Source of the DNA: a virus
DNA length: 64,000 nucleotides
Virus record (IMG/VR): IMGVR_UViG_3300002854_000227
Location: 7,533 to 71,532 of that record
Strand: one strand, 5' to 3'
A model generated the notes under the pieces. It had not been told where the DNA came from, did not search any database, and saw only the letters and a list, made by a program, of their open reading frames with translations. Below are positions 26,916 to 36,160 of the stretch, in pieces. The position numbers were made by a program, and so were the translations under genes. Position 1 is the first letter of the stretch; every line of letters begins with the position of its first letter.

Positions 26916-28112
26916 TCACATTTTGACCACCTCACTCATGAGGGCTCCGAATTTTGCTGACGCTTCCTTCTTCATCGACTTCGTGACATGAAGATAAACG
27001 AGTCTTGTCACCGTATCGTTTTTATGCCCGAGTCGCTCCATTATCACCTCTATATCTATCTTCGCTTCTGCGCAGAGAGATGTGTGCGTATGGCGGAGAG
27101 AATGCGGCGTTAGTTTATTCGGCAGAGACATCCATTGCGTTATTCTCTCCATTCGTAATTCAATCGTACGTCTCTTTGGCGGGTACCCGTAATGGTTCCC
27201 CTGAGGTGCGTGTCTCGGTTGATCCATTCGACCGAAAACAAAGTCGGCATCGTGATAGGTCTTGCGATAGCGCATCCTAAATTCATTTTGCTTGGCTTTT
27301 AGTGACTCAAGTTCAGTAAATACGTTGGGGTCTACGTCTATCGTCCTCCTCGATTTTTTTGTTTTGGGCGGGAGAATTTCATACCAAGTGGATAAATCCT
27401 CTGGATTGTATAACGTACCGTTGATGGATATGGTGTGTTCCTTAAAGTCAATGTCGCCCCATCTCAATGCACATAGTTCTCCGACGCGCATCCCTGTATA
27501 GGCGAGGACTAGGAATACAGCGTAATCGTTGTCTAATCCTCGGTGCTTCGCGAGTTTTAGGAATTGGGCAAGCTGCTCCTTCTCCATATACTTAGGTAAT
27601 TCGTTTATCTCTTCGTCGCTAGTTGGGACCTTGGCGTATTCAGTGGGATCAATCTTGATTACCCCATCTTGCATGGCTTTCCTGAATATCATCTTGGCCG
27701 TTCCATGGATGCCTTGGATAGTGTTTCGCTCCATATTCTGGTCCATTGATATAAGCATATCTTGGTATTGATTCCTGGTAATATTGCCGATTGTGATTGC
27801 ATCGAAGAATTTTAGAATGGACTCGATTTGGTACTCCCGTTGCCTCACAGAACTGATCTTGGGTTTCTTTGATATGACCCCGGCCGCATACCACTTCAAC
27901 CATTTATCCGAAAAGCTTCGAAAGGATATCTTCTGCTCTTTAACGTAAAGCCCCTTAGCTATTTGGATTTCCAGTTCTTTTGCTGCTAATGACGCTTCTT
28001 TCTCTGTTCTAAATCCGCTCTTCGGGATCTGTGCCCTCTCTCCGGTGACGGGATCTTTCGGTCCCTCAACAACGTAGGACCATGTTTTTCCTCGTTTTCG
28101 GATATATGCCAT
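26916..28112 (-). CDS. int: Tyrosine integrase
   Basis: Arm-binding N-terminus (KSGFRTEKEA); catalytic TGMRVGE, HSLRH, LGH, VYLH. Confidence 0.95.
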   Translation of the reverse strand: MAYIRKRGKTWSYVVEGPKDPVTGERAQIPKSGFRTEKEASLAAKELEIQIAKGLYVKEQKISFRSFSDKWLKWYAAGVISKKPKISSVRQREYQIESILKFFDAITIGNITRNQYQDMLISMDQNMERNTIQGIHGTAKMIFRKAMQDGVIKIDPTEYAKVPTSDEEINELPKYMEKEQLAQFLKLAKHRGLDNDYAVFLVLAYTGMRVGELCALRWGDIDFKEHTISINGTLYNPEDLSTWYEILPPKTKKSRRTIDVDPNVFTELESLKAKQNEFRMRYRKTYHDADFVFGRMDQPRHAPQGNHYGYPPKRRTIELRMERITQWMSLPNKLTPHSLRHTHTSLCAEAKIDIEVIMERLGHKNDTVTRLVYLHVTKSMKKEASAKFGALMSEVVKM

Positions 28113-28115
28113 GAC

Positions 28116-28730
28116 TTACACCTCCACAACTATCTTCTTTAAACGTCCAATAACCTTGACCTCGTCTGGAGGACAGTAGATGGGTTCGTATTTGTTTGTT
28201 AAGCTCTCGCTCTGTAAAATCAATTGATCCCCGTTGCGATATACCCGTTTCAAAAATGCTTCTTCTCCGATCAGTACGGCGGCAATTTCTCCATTCTCGA
28301 CCTCTTCTTGTTTTCTGACGAGTAACAAATCTCCCTCAAAGATTCTAGCTCCTGTCATGCTGTCCCCTTTGGCTCGAAGATACAGATATTCCCCTCCGTT
28401 CAACCATTCCTGCGGGGTTGCTTCGAATCCCTCTATTTCTTCATATGCGATGACTCCGTCTCCGCAACTGATCCTTCCGACGATCGGGACATTTACCATT
28501 TCGCCAAATTGATAGGGCTTTTCGTCCGACAACTCGTCGTCTGCAAGATAATCTAGGGACACGTTAAAAAAGTCCGACAGTTTCTTTAGCGTTGTCAACT
28601 TTATATTCTCGCTGCCTTTTTCATAGAAGTTAACAATTGTCGTGTAAGGGACCCCTGATTCTTTTGATAGACCAAGTTTGGTCAGCTTTAGATCCCCCAT
28701 TAGCTTGTCTAACTTCTCGGTAAATTTCAC
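28116..28730 (-). CDS. CI-like repressor (HTH + S24 autopeptidase)
   Basis: GGAGGG RBS then GTG at 28730; HTH; ISCG cleavage site, GDSM Ser, FLKRV Lys. Confidence 0.92.
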   Translation of the reverse strand: MKFTEKLDKLMGDLKLTKLGLSKESGVPYTTIVNFYEKGSENIKLTTLKKLSDFFNVSLDYLADDELSDEKPYQFGEMVNVPIVGRISCGDGVIAYEEIEGFEATPQEWLNGGEYLYLRAKGDSMTGARIFEGDLLLVRKQEEVENGEIAAVLIGEEAFLKRVYRNGDQLILQSESLTNKYEPIYCPPDEVKVIGRLKKIVVEV

Positions 28731-28797
28731 TTTTGTTTCCCTCCATGGTAAATATATTTCCATTATATATCCTTTAATCTATTGTGTAAATTAAAAT

Positions 28798-28886
28798 TTA
28801 CCACGCATGATAAAAATGGTGCATTTAAAGCTTGACCACTTACCACACATGGTATATTATAGCCTTACACTTACCACGCGTGGTAA
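28798..28886. promoter_or_regulatory. Lysis-lysogeny switch: three 16-bp operators and rightward promoter
   Basis: TTACCACGCATGATAA (28798), TTACCACACATGGTAT (28840), perfect palindrome TTACCACGCGTGGTAA (28871); TTGACC-17-TATTAT at 28832-28860. Confidence 0.85.
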
Positions 28887-28904
28887 CAACGAGGAGGTGA
28901 TGCT

Positions 28905-29117
28905 ATGTTCCCAAACCTGCGCGCAGAAATGGCGAGGAACGGCCTTGATGGTGAGGTGGTTTCGAAAGTAATCGGATGCACTCGCAAAAGCTTCAGTAAT
29001 AAACTGACGGGAAAAACCGAGTTTACTCGGATCGAGTTATTCCGGATTAAAAAGGAGTTTTTCCCTGAATGCTCTCTTGAATACCTATTCGACGAAAAGA
29101 AATCTACTGCCTCATAA
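28905..29117 (+). CDS. Cro-like HTH protein
   Basis: MFPNLRAEMAR...SFSNKLTGKTEFT...LEYLF; divergent from repressor. Confidence 0.88.
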   Translation: MFPNLRAEMARNGLDGEVVSKVIGCTRKSFSNKLTGKTEFTRIELFRIKKEFFPECSLEYLFDEKKSTAS

Positions 29118-29139
29118 GGGGGAAACGGAGGGATATCCA

Positions 29140-29349
29140 TTGCCTGATATTTTAACGGCGCAAGACATAGCCTCCCATCTTCGGATAAGTCGAAAACGCG
29201 TCTACGAACTCATGCAGATGAGCCCGAAACATGGAGGAATTCCGTGTTTTAGCGTCGGCAAAAGTCGCAGAGTAGAGCGGAACGATTTTGAACGTTGGTT
29301 GGCTAGTCTCAAAAAAAGCATGAATACCGTCCCGGAGGTTAGCCAGTGA
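29140..29349 (+). CDS. Excisionase-like HTH_17 protein
   Basis: GGAGGG RBS then TTG; ILTAQDIASHLRISRKRVYEL...IP.F.VGKSRRV. Confidence 0.8.
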   Translation: MPDILTAQDIASHLRISRKRVYELMQMSPKHGGIPCFSVGKSRRVERNDFERWLASLKKSMNTVPEVSQ

Positions 29350-29510
29350 TCATCAAGCGCATTGAATACTACGCCCGCAAGTCCGCGGCGTACAGTCAGC
29401 TCCGCCGCCGGTGGCCGCATCGCCATCGCAGGCTCGTCGCCTACAAGGCGGCGCTGGACAGGCGGATCAACGCGGAGTGGTTGGATTGGAAATCGAGAGA
29501 GGGAAGGTGA
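29346..29510 (+). CDS. Small basic hypothetical protein (54 aa)
   Basis: GGAGG RBS then GTG; not in ORF track. Confidence 0.5.
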   Translation: MIIKRIEYYARKSAAYSQLRRRWPHRHRRLVAYKAALDRRINAEWLDWKSREGR

Positions 29511-29517
29511 GCAACGG

Positions 29518-29685
29518 ATGCGCCAAGTCTTAGTTGACCCGATCGCCGCACGGCTGGACAAGCTGCGGACGTACTATCTGCACTTCAACGTATTTGTCCG
29601 CTATGGCCTGACGTTCAAGCAATTCGTCGCCAAGGTGGACAACGGGACGTGGGTGGCCTACAAGGCTCCGGTGGTCGCCGAATGA
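29518..29685 (+). CDS. Small hypothetical phage protein (55 aa)
   Basis: ATG 29518 after GAAGGTGA; ATGA overlap with next gene. Confidence 0.55.
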   Translation: MRQVLVDPIAARLDKLRTYYLHFNVFVRYGLTFKQFVAKVDNGTWVAYKAPVVAE

Positions 29686-30455
29686 ATAAGGCGCAAGTCC
29701 TGCCCTCAATTACTGAGCTCACCGACGATGGAGCGATCTTCTTCGTCAGCCACAGCGGTGGTAAGGATAGCCAGGAAATGTACAACAAGCTCCGGAGAAC
29801 AGTTCCTTATAACCAGATTGTCGTCGTACACGCTTGTCTCGGCGAGGTTGAGTGGCCGGGAGTTATCGACCACATCAAAGCCAACGTAGACCATCACGTC
29901 CATGTTGTTCGTGCGACGAAGAGGGACGGAAGAGAGAAGACGTTGCTTGGCATGGTTGAAGATCGAGGCATGTGGCCGTCGTCATCTTGCCGGCAATGTA
30001 CGAGCGACCTGAAGCGCGGACCGATTATGAAGTTCATTCGGAATTATCTGTATCAGAAAGGCCGCCGGATCGCGGTCAACTGCATGGGGATTCGAGCGGA
30101 GGAGTCTACCGCGCGAGCTAAGAAAGTTCCGTTCCGGTTCAATGCGTCCGAGAGCTGCGGACATCGCGACGTATACGATTGGATGCCGATTTTCGATTTG
30201 ACGACCGCCGAAGTCTTCCAAGGGATCGCGGATGCTGGTCAAAAGCCGTTTTGGACATATGAACGGAATGAGCGGTTGAGTTGCGTGTTTTGCATCATGG
30301 GAAGCGTAAACGATCTCCGGCACGGAGCAGAGAAGAATCCGGATCTTTACCGTGAATACGTCGAACTGGAGCGCAGGATCGGGCACACGATGTTTAGCTC
30401 CGGTGGGCGCCAGATATCACTCGAGGAGCGGACCGGGATTCCAATGCAAAATTAA
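29682..30455 (+). CDS. PAPS-reductase-family (PP-loop) protein
   Basis: SHSGGKDS PP-loop, CRQCTSDLKRGP, GIRAEES..R, RLSCVFCI. Confidence 0.85.
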   Translation: MNKAQVLPSITELTDDGAIFFVSHSGGKDSQEMYNKLRRTVPYNQIVVVHACLGEVEWPGVIDHIKANVDHHVHVVRATKRDGREKTLLGMVEDRGMWPSSSCRQCTSDLKRGPIMKFIRNYLYQKGRRIAVNCMGIRAEESTARAKKVPFRFNASESCGHRDVYDWMPIFDLTTAEVFQGIADAGQKPFWTYERNERLSCVFCIMGSVNDLRHGAEKNPDLYREYVELERRIGHTMFSSGGRQISLEERTGIPMQN

Positions 30456-30530
30456 TTCCCTTAGAGTGTGCAGAGCCGTCTTCGGCGATCGGTAGATAGA
30501 GTAGAACCTGACAAGGAGGTGAGAGAGGAC

Positions 30531-30677
30531 ATGGGAGAGGCAAAGCGTCGTAAGCTGGCCGGGAACACCGAGCCGAACAAGCAATGTCACCAGCGCAAGG
30601 AGGCCAAACGGCACGCGCATAAATTGGCGGTGCAGGAACGCGCGGCAGCGCGGGCGATGAATCCGCGGTTGAAATAA
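30531..30677 (+). CDS. Small hypothetical protein (MGEAKRRK type)
   Basis: AGGAGGTG/GAGG RBS; 48 aa. Confidence 0.5.
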   Translation: MGEAKRRKLAGNTEPNKQCHQRKEAKRHAHKLAVQERAAARAMNPRLK

Positions 30678-30718
30678 TTCCCGGATTGCTAGATTACGAC
30701 GGGGAGGTGAGAAAGAAC

Positions 30719-30910
30719 ATGAAAGATCGTAAGCCATTTATCGACCCTAGGCATTTCGAATTCGGCCCCTGGCAACAAGAGCTGATTTGGGTCCAGCGTA
30801 ACAGCCTCGGTATCATCGTCGGCTACAGCGAACGGCTTCCGATGACCGATAATTTCGTTCCGACGATGCCGATCAGAAAGAAAAACAGCCCTTCTCAGGG
30901 TGAGAGCTGA
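30719..30910 (+). CDS. Small hypothetical protein
   Basis: GGAGGTG RBS then ATG 30719. Confidence 0.5.
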   Translation: MKDRKPFIDPRHFEFGPWQQELIWVQRNSLGIIVGYSERLPMTDNFVPTMPIRKKNSPSQGES

Positions 30911-30987
30911 GAGAGGGCCGCAAAACAAAAACAAGTTAGCCCCATGATATCGCATGTTCGCGACTGGGGCAAGGAGGATTTTTATCT

Positions 30988-31209
30988 ATGACGACCGCAA
31001 CAGCAAATAAGCCGCGCCCGTCCAGACGGCTCGAGCACCAACTGCGAGGAGTCCTCGCGAAAGTCTATGTCCTGCTACCGGGCTGCGACGTCTGCAGCCA
31101 GCGCATGGAGCCGGAGTTCCTTAAGCCGTTCCCGGGGGCGCCGGACGTCAAGGCTTGCGGTCCGTGCATCCAGACCTGCACGGGGGAGGTGGCGGGGGAT
31201 GGCGGATAA
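30988..31209 (+). CDS. Small Cys-containing hypothetical protein
   Basis: AAGGAGG RBS; CDVC...CGPC possible Zn finger. Confidence 0.55.
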   Translation: MTTATANKPRPSRRLEHQLRGVLAKVYVLLPGCDVCSQRMEPEFLKPFPGAPDVKACGPCIQTCTGEVAGDGG

Positions 31210-31522
31210 ATGTCCGGTTTGTAAGACAAGCCTTACGGGTCTGTGTATTGTCGAGGATCACTTCTCGCAGAAACCTGTGGAGACCCGCGACCTCGACGCC
31301 GATCTGGCGCTCTGCGAAGCGGCTACGTGGGAGACGTGGGACAAGTTGATCTGGCACATTCCCGCTGCCGATTTCCACTTTACCGCGGAATCCCGCCAAG
31401 GCTGGCCGTACGCGATCCGCCGCGCCCAGGAGGCCGAGCGGGAGGTCGACCGGCTCCGCAACGAGATCGGCATGCTGCAAGAGCAGTTAAGTCAGCATCA
31501 CCGTAGCGGTTGCTACGACTAA
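31199..31522 (+). CDS. Hypothetical phage protein (Ead/Ea22-like C-terminal part)
   Basis: GGAGGTG RBS; RDLDADLALCEAAT...F.AESRQGWP.AIRRA motif. Confidence 0.55.
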   Translation: MADKCPVCKTSLTGLCIVEDHFSQKPVETRDLDADLALCEAATWETWDKLIWHIPAADFHFTAESRQGWPYAIRRAQEAEREVDRLRNEIGMLQEQLSQHHRSGCYD

Positions 31523-31546
31523 CCATACATCAGGAGGCTATCATCT

Positions 31547-32059
31547 ATGTCTATCATTCCGATCCAAGTCACGCTCCAAGCGGCCAACGCGGCCGACTAC
31601 CGTCAGCTCGTCCATGACCTCGCCGGCACGATGGCGAGCGGCCAGACGGAAAAGGCTCCGACTCAAGGATTCCAAGAGCCCGCAGCGCAAGCGGCACCCG
31701 CTTACGTTCCGCCGGTCCAACAGCCGGCTCCGCAACCGGCGCAACCCGTATACCAGCAACAGCCGTTCACGCAGCAGACGCCGGCAGCCTATCCGACCGT
31801 GGCGCCTACGAGCGCGGTACCGACGGCAGCACCGATGCAACAACAGCCGCCAGTACAGCAAATGCCGGCGAGCGTGCCGACCTCGGCGCCGCAGTACACG
31901 CAGCAGCAGCTCGCGATCGCCGCGACGGCGCTCATGGAGGCGGGTCACAACATCACGGCGTTGCTGCAGCAGTATAACGTCCAAGCGCTGACCCAGCTCC
32001 CGCCGGAGCGCTACGGGGAGTTCGCGACGACGCTGCGCGGCCTGGGGGCGAGCATCTAA
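31547..32059 (+). CDS. Conserved phage protein with Q/P/A-rich linker, upstream of DUF2800
   Basis: AGGAGG RBS; C-terminal LLQQYNVQALTQLPPERY helical domain. Confidence 0.7.
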   Translation: MSIIPIQVTLQAANAADYRQLVHDLAGTMASGQTEKAPTQGFQEPAAQAAPAYVPPVQQPAPQPAQPVYQQQPFTQQTPAAYPTVAPTSAVPTAAPMQQQPPVQQMPASVPTSAPQYTQQQLAIAATALMEAGHNITALLQQYNVQALTQLPPERYGEFATTLRGLGASI

Positions 32060-33258
32060 TGACCCAGATCGCACACGCTGAGAGGGCTCACGCGCTGCTG
32101 TCGCCCAGCGGCGCGCACCGGTGGCTCAATTGCACGCCGAGCGCTCGTCTCGAGGCGACGCTGCCGGATACGACGAGCGAGGCCGCAAGCAAGGGCACGC
32201 TCGCTCACGAGATCGCTGAGCTCAAGCTCCGCAAGTATAACGAGCCGATGGGGCCGCGCAAGTTCGCCTCGGCGCTCAAAAAGTTCAAGGATCATCCGTT
32301 GTACGAGCCGGAGATGGACAAGCATACGGACCTTTACATCGACTATATCAAGTCGATCGTCCACAGCTACAGCTCGCCGCCGTACATCGCGATCGAGCGC
32401 AAGTTCGACTTGAAGGCATACGTACCGGAGTCGTCCGGCACGAGCGACTGCGTGATCATCGGCGGCAAGGACCTGCGGGTCGTCGACTACAAGAACGGTC
32501 AGGGCCACGCGGTCGAGGCCGAGCACAATCCGCAGATGATGCTGTACGCGCTCGGGGCGCTTCGGCAATACGCCATGCTTTACGAGATTGAGACCGTGCA
32601 TATGACGATCGTGCAGCCCAAGGTATGGGACGCGCCGTCCGAGTGGTCCATCTCCGCGGCGGATCTGCTGGCGTGGGGTGAGTCGATCAAGACGATAGCG
32701 CAGGAGGCTTTCGAGGGCAAGGGCGCGTATACGCCGGGCGAGCATTGCGGGTTCTGCCGGGCGCGGAACACCTGCCGAGCGCGAGTCGAGAAGTTGCTGT
32801 CCGTGGAAGACGTCGCCCCAATGCGGCCGCCGCTCATCACCTGGGCGGAAGCAGCGGACGCGCTTCGCCGGGCCGAGGGTATCGTCTCTTGGTTCGAGTC
32901 GCTCAAGAAGGACGCGCTATCCGAAGCGCTACGAGGCGGTGACGTGCCTGGCTTCAAAGCGGTGGAGGGGCGCGGCGGGCGCGAATACGTCAATCTCGAC
33001 AAGGCGTTCGCGCATTTGACGGCCAACAAGATCGAGGAAGCGCTGCTGTATGAGCGCAAACCGTTGACACCGCCGGCCGTCGAGAAAATGCTCGGGGCCA
33101 AGCAGTACCGCGAATTGCTCGAGGAACCCGGCCATGTCATCAAGACGTCCGGTAAGCCGACGCTGGCCGCTGTGGACGACAAGCGGCCAGCCATTACCAA
33201 CCAGGTTAACCCGGCGGACGTGTTCGGCGCTCCGGTGCCGGCAGCAACCGCCGATTAA
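32059..33258 (+). CDS. DUF2800 Cas4-like/PD-(D/E)xK nuclease
   Basis: HALLSPSGAHRWLNCTPS, GTSDCVII, DYKNG, HCGFCRA..CRAR. Confidence 0.88.
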   Translation: MTQIAHAERAHALLSPSGAHRWLNCTPSARLEATLPDTTSEAASKGTLAHEIAELKLRKYNEPMGPRKFASALKKFKDHPLYEPEMDKHTDLYIDYIKSIVHSYSSPPYIAIERKFDLKAYVPESSGTSDCVIIGGKDLRVVDYKNGQGHAVEAEHNPQMMLYALGALRQYAMLYEIETVHMTIVQPKVWDAPSEWSISAADLLAWGESIKTIAQEAFEGKGAYTPGEHCGFCRARNTCRARVEKLLSVEDVAPMRPPLITWAEAADALRRAEGIVSWFESLKKDALSEALRGGDVPGFKAVEGRGGREYVNLDKAFAHLTANKIEEALLYERKPLTPPAVEKMLGAKQYRELLEEPGHVIKTSGKPTLAAVDDKRPAITNQVNPADVFGAPVPAATAD

Positions 33259-33308
33259 CAAATACATCACTTTGGCGCCGAGCGCCAAGACAAGGGAGAC
33301 ACGACAAC

Positions 33309-34181
33309 ATGGCAAACGATCAAGCGCAAGCGACAAGCGTAACAACCGGCGAGGTAAGACTGAGCTTCGTACATCTGTACCAGCCTCACGCCAGCCAGCC
33401 CGGTCAAGAACCGAAATTCAGCACGACGATCCTGATTCCGAAGTCCGACACGGCGACGATGCAACGCATCTATGCCGCGATTAATGCCGCGTTCGAAAAA
33501 GGAGTTGCGGGGGCATGGGGCGGAGCTCGTCCGCCGCAACCCAAAACGCCGATTTGGGACGGCGACGGCGTCCGTCATAACGGCGAAGCCTTCGGGCCGG
33601 AGTGCCGGGGACATTGGGTCCTGACGGCTTCCAGCAAGCAACAGCAGCAAATCGTCGACGTTAACATGAGTCCGGTCATCGATCAAACCAAGGTCTACTC
33701 CGGCGTTTACGGGCGGGTCAACATTAACTTCTTTCCGTTCTCCAACAGCGGCAACCGCGGAATCGGCGCCGGACTCGGGCCAGTGCAGGTCCTGCGCGAC
33801 GGCGAGCCGCTGGGCGGCCGCGTGACAGCGGAGCAAGTATTCGGCGGTGCGCCGGCTGCTGGCGCCTACGGGGCTCCCGCGCAACCGTTCGGACAGCCAG
33901 CTCCGCAGGGGTGGCAACAGCCAACACCGCAGCAGCAGCAATACGGACAGGCTCCTGCGCAGGCACCACAGCAATACGGCCAGGCGCCGACGTATCCACA
34001 GCAGGGTTATGGACAAGCTCCTGCGCAGCAGCCGGCGCAATACGGCCAGACACCGCAACAATACGGCCAGCCCGCTCAACAGCCGCCAATGCAACAGCAG
34101 TACGGCCAGCCCGCGCAGCAACCGCAACCGCTCAACCCGATCACCGGCACACCTCTTAACGGCGGAATCATGGGCATCTAA
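33309..34181 (+). CDS. DUF2815 single-stranded DNA-binding protein with long Q/P/Y/G-rich tail
   Basis: VRLSFVHLY.P, KFSTTILIPKSD, VYSGVYGRV, GL..VQ..RDGEPLGG; six YGQ repeats. Confidence 0.88.
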   Translation: MANDQAQATSVTTGEVRLSFVHLYQPHASQPGQEPKFSTTILIPKSDTATMQRIYAAINAAFEKGVAGAWGGARPPQPKTPIWDGDGVRHNGEAFGPECRGHWVLTASSKQQQQIVDVNMSPVIDQTKVYSGVYGRVNINFFPFSNSGNRGIGAGLGPVQVLRDGEPLGGRVTAEQVFGGAPAAGAYGAPAQPFGQPAPQGWQQPTPQQQQYGQAPAQAPQQYGQAPTYPQQGYGQAPAQQPAQYGQTPQQYGQPAQQPPMQQQYGQPAQQPQPLNPITGTPLNGGIMGI

Positions 34182-36154
34182 TGCTCGACAAACTGCATTT
34201 ATCTGTCGATATCGAGACCTACTCGAGTGTCGACCTCAAGAAGTCGGGGCTCTATAAATACGTGCAGAGCCCCGATTTTTCTATCCTCCTATTCGCTTAT
34301 TCCTGGGACGGGGAGCCGGTCCGCGTCGTTGACCTAGCGCAGGGAGAGGAGATCCCGCAGCACGTTCTACTCGCACTGAATGACCCCAACATAATCAAGC
34401 ATGCCTACAACGCCGCTTTCGAGTGGTACTGCTTAAGTAAGTTCTGGTTTACGCCAATCACTGAATGGCGATGTACGATGATGCACGGTCTGTACTGCGG
34501 CTATACGGCCGGCCTCGGCCCGACGGGAGAGGCGCTGGGCATCCCGCAGGACAAGCGCAAGCTCGGCACGGGCGGCTCGCTCATCCGGACGTTCTGCGTT
34601 CCGACGAAGCCGACCAAGACCAACGGCCAGCGGACCCGGACGCTCCCGTACCACGAGCCGGAAAAGTGGCAGCTCTTTAAGACATATTGCGCCGGCGACG
34701 TCGTGGCCGAGATGGAGATCCTCCGTCGGCTATCTGTCTTCCCGGTACCGGATCAAGAGGAATGGCTGTGGCAGCTCGATCAGCAAATTAACGCTTACGG
34801 CGTCGCGGTCGACCTCGAGCTCGTAGACGGGGCGCTCGCAATCGACGAGCAGATCAGCGCGGAGCTGCGCGCGGAGGCGATCGGGCTTTCCGGGCTCAGT
34901 AACCCCAAGAGCGTTCAGCAGTTGACCAAGTGGCTCGAAGAGGAGATCGGCGAAGAGGTCGACAACCTCCGGAAAGACACCGTCAGCAAGCTGATCGACA
35001 AGGTCGACGAGGGGGCGGCAAAGCGCGTCCTCGAGATCCGTCAGGAACTCAGCAAGACCAGCGTTAAGAAGTACGCAGCCATGCGCGCAGCAGTGTGCGA
35101 CGACGGCCGTGTCCGCGGGCTGCTCCAGTTCTACGGGGCCAACCGGACTGGGCGCTGGGCAGGGCGGCTCGTGCAGATTCATAACCTACCGCGGAACCAT
35201 ATGGCGATGCTGGACCTCGCCCGAGAGCTGGTGAAGGCCCGGAAAATCGCCGCGCTCAAGATGATTTTCGGCAACATTCCGGACGCACTCTCGCAGCTCA
35301 TCAGGACGGCCTTCATTCCATCGGCCGGAAACGTACTGCGCGTTGCGGACTTCTCAGCAATCGAGGCCCGCGTGCTGGCATGGTTGGCCGGCGAACAATG
35401 GCGGCTCGACGTATTCGCTACGCACGGCAAGATTTACGAGGCGTCGGCGTCGCAGATGTTCGGCGTTCCGATCGAAGAGATTGGCAAAGGCAGCGAGCTC
35501 CGGCAAAAAGGGAAGGTCGCAGAGTTAGCGCTGGGTTACCAGGGCGGTCCCGGTGCGCTGATCAGCATGGGCGCGCTAGAACAAGGTTTATCCGAGGATG
35601 AGCTCCCGGAGATCGTGCTGCGCTGGCGTAACGCCAACAGGCGAATCGCCGATCTGTGGTCGGGGATGGAACGCGCGGTGCTGGATGCCATGCGTACCGG
35701 GCAGTCGGTCGGCATTCGTGGCATGATCATCGCACGGGAGAGCCACCAAGGGACGCAGCAGGACTTCCTGACCATCCAGCTCCATAGCGGCCGTAAGCTC
35801 TATTACGCAAAACCGTACTTGAGCGATAACGACTTCGGCAAGGAGGCGCTCTGGTATTGGGGCGTCGACCAGAAGACGAAGAAGTGGGCCACGATGTCCA
35901 CGTACGGCGGCCGTCTCGTCGAGAACGTCGTTCAGGCCATTGCGCGGGATTGCTTAGCCGTATCGCTTGCGCGGCTCTACAACGCCGGATATCCGACGCC
36001 GTTCCACGTACACGACGAAGCCGTGGCCGACGTGGCCCCGGGGCGCGGATCGGTTGACGAGATGACTGCGCTTATGGGCGCGCCGATCGACTGGGCGCCG
36101 GGGCTGCCGCTGGCGGCCGCCGGGTTCGAATCAAACTACTACATGAAGGACTGA
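34181..36154 (+). CDS. polA: Phage DNA polymerase, family A
   Basis: Exo DIETYS; motif A ADFSAIEARVL; motif B RQKGKVAELALGY; motif C HVHDE. Confidence 0.95.
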   Translation: MLDKLHLSVDIETYSSVDLKKSGLYKYVQSPDFSILLFAYSWDGEPVRVVDLAQGEEIPQHVLLALNDPNIIKHAYNAAFEWYCLSKFWFTPITEWRCTMMHGLYCGYTAGLGPTGEALGIPQDKRKLGTGGSLIRTFCVPTKPTKTNGQRTRTLPYHEPEKWQLFKTYCAGDVVAEMEILRRLSVFPVPDQEEWLWQLDQQINAYGVAVDLELVDGALAIDEQISAELRAEAIGLSGLSNPKSVQQLTKWLEEEIGEEVDNLRKDTVSKLIDKVDEGAAKRVLEIRQELSKTSVKKYAAMRAAVCDDGRVRGLLQFYGANRTGRWAGRLVQIHNLPRNHMAMLDLARELVKARKIAALKMIFGNIPDALSQLIRTAFIPSAGNVLRVADFSAIEARVLAWLAGEQWRLDVFATHGKIYEASASQMFGVPIEEIGKGSELRQKGKVAELALGYQGGPGALISMGALEQGLSEDELPEIVLRWRNANRRIADLWSGMERAVLDAMRTGQSVGIRGMIIARESHQGTQQDFLTIQLHSGRKLYYAKPYLSDNDFGKEALWYWGVDQKTKKWATMSTYGGRLVENVVQAIARDCLAVSLARLYNAGYPTPFHVHDEAVADVAPGRGSVDEMTALMGAPIDWAPGLPLAAAGFESNYYMKD

Positions 36155-36160
36155 TGATAA

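Noticed and set aside
32059-33258. Cas4 as part of a CRISPR system
   Set aside because: No array or other cas genes; context is the standard DUF2800-DUF2815-PolA phage module
33274-33290. Hairpin TTGGCGC-CGA-GCGCCAA upstream of the SSB gene as a named RNA motif
   Set aside because: A single short hairpin is too little evidence without a covariance search
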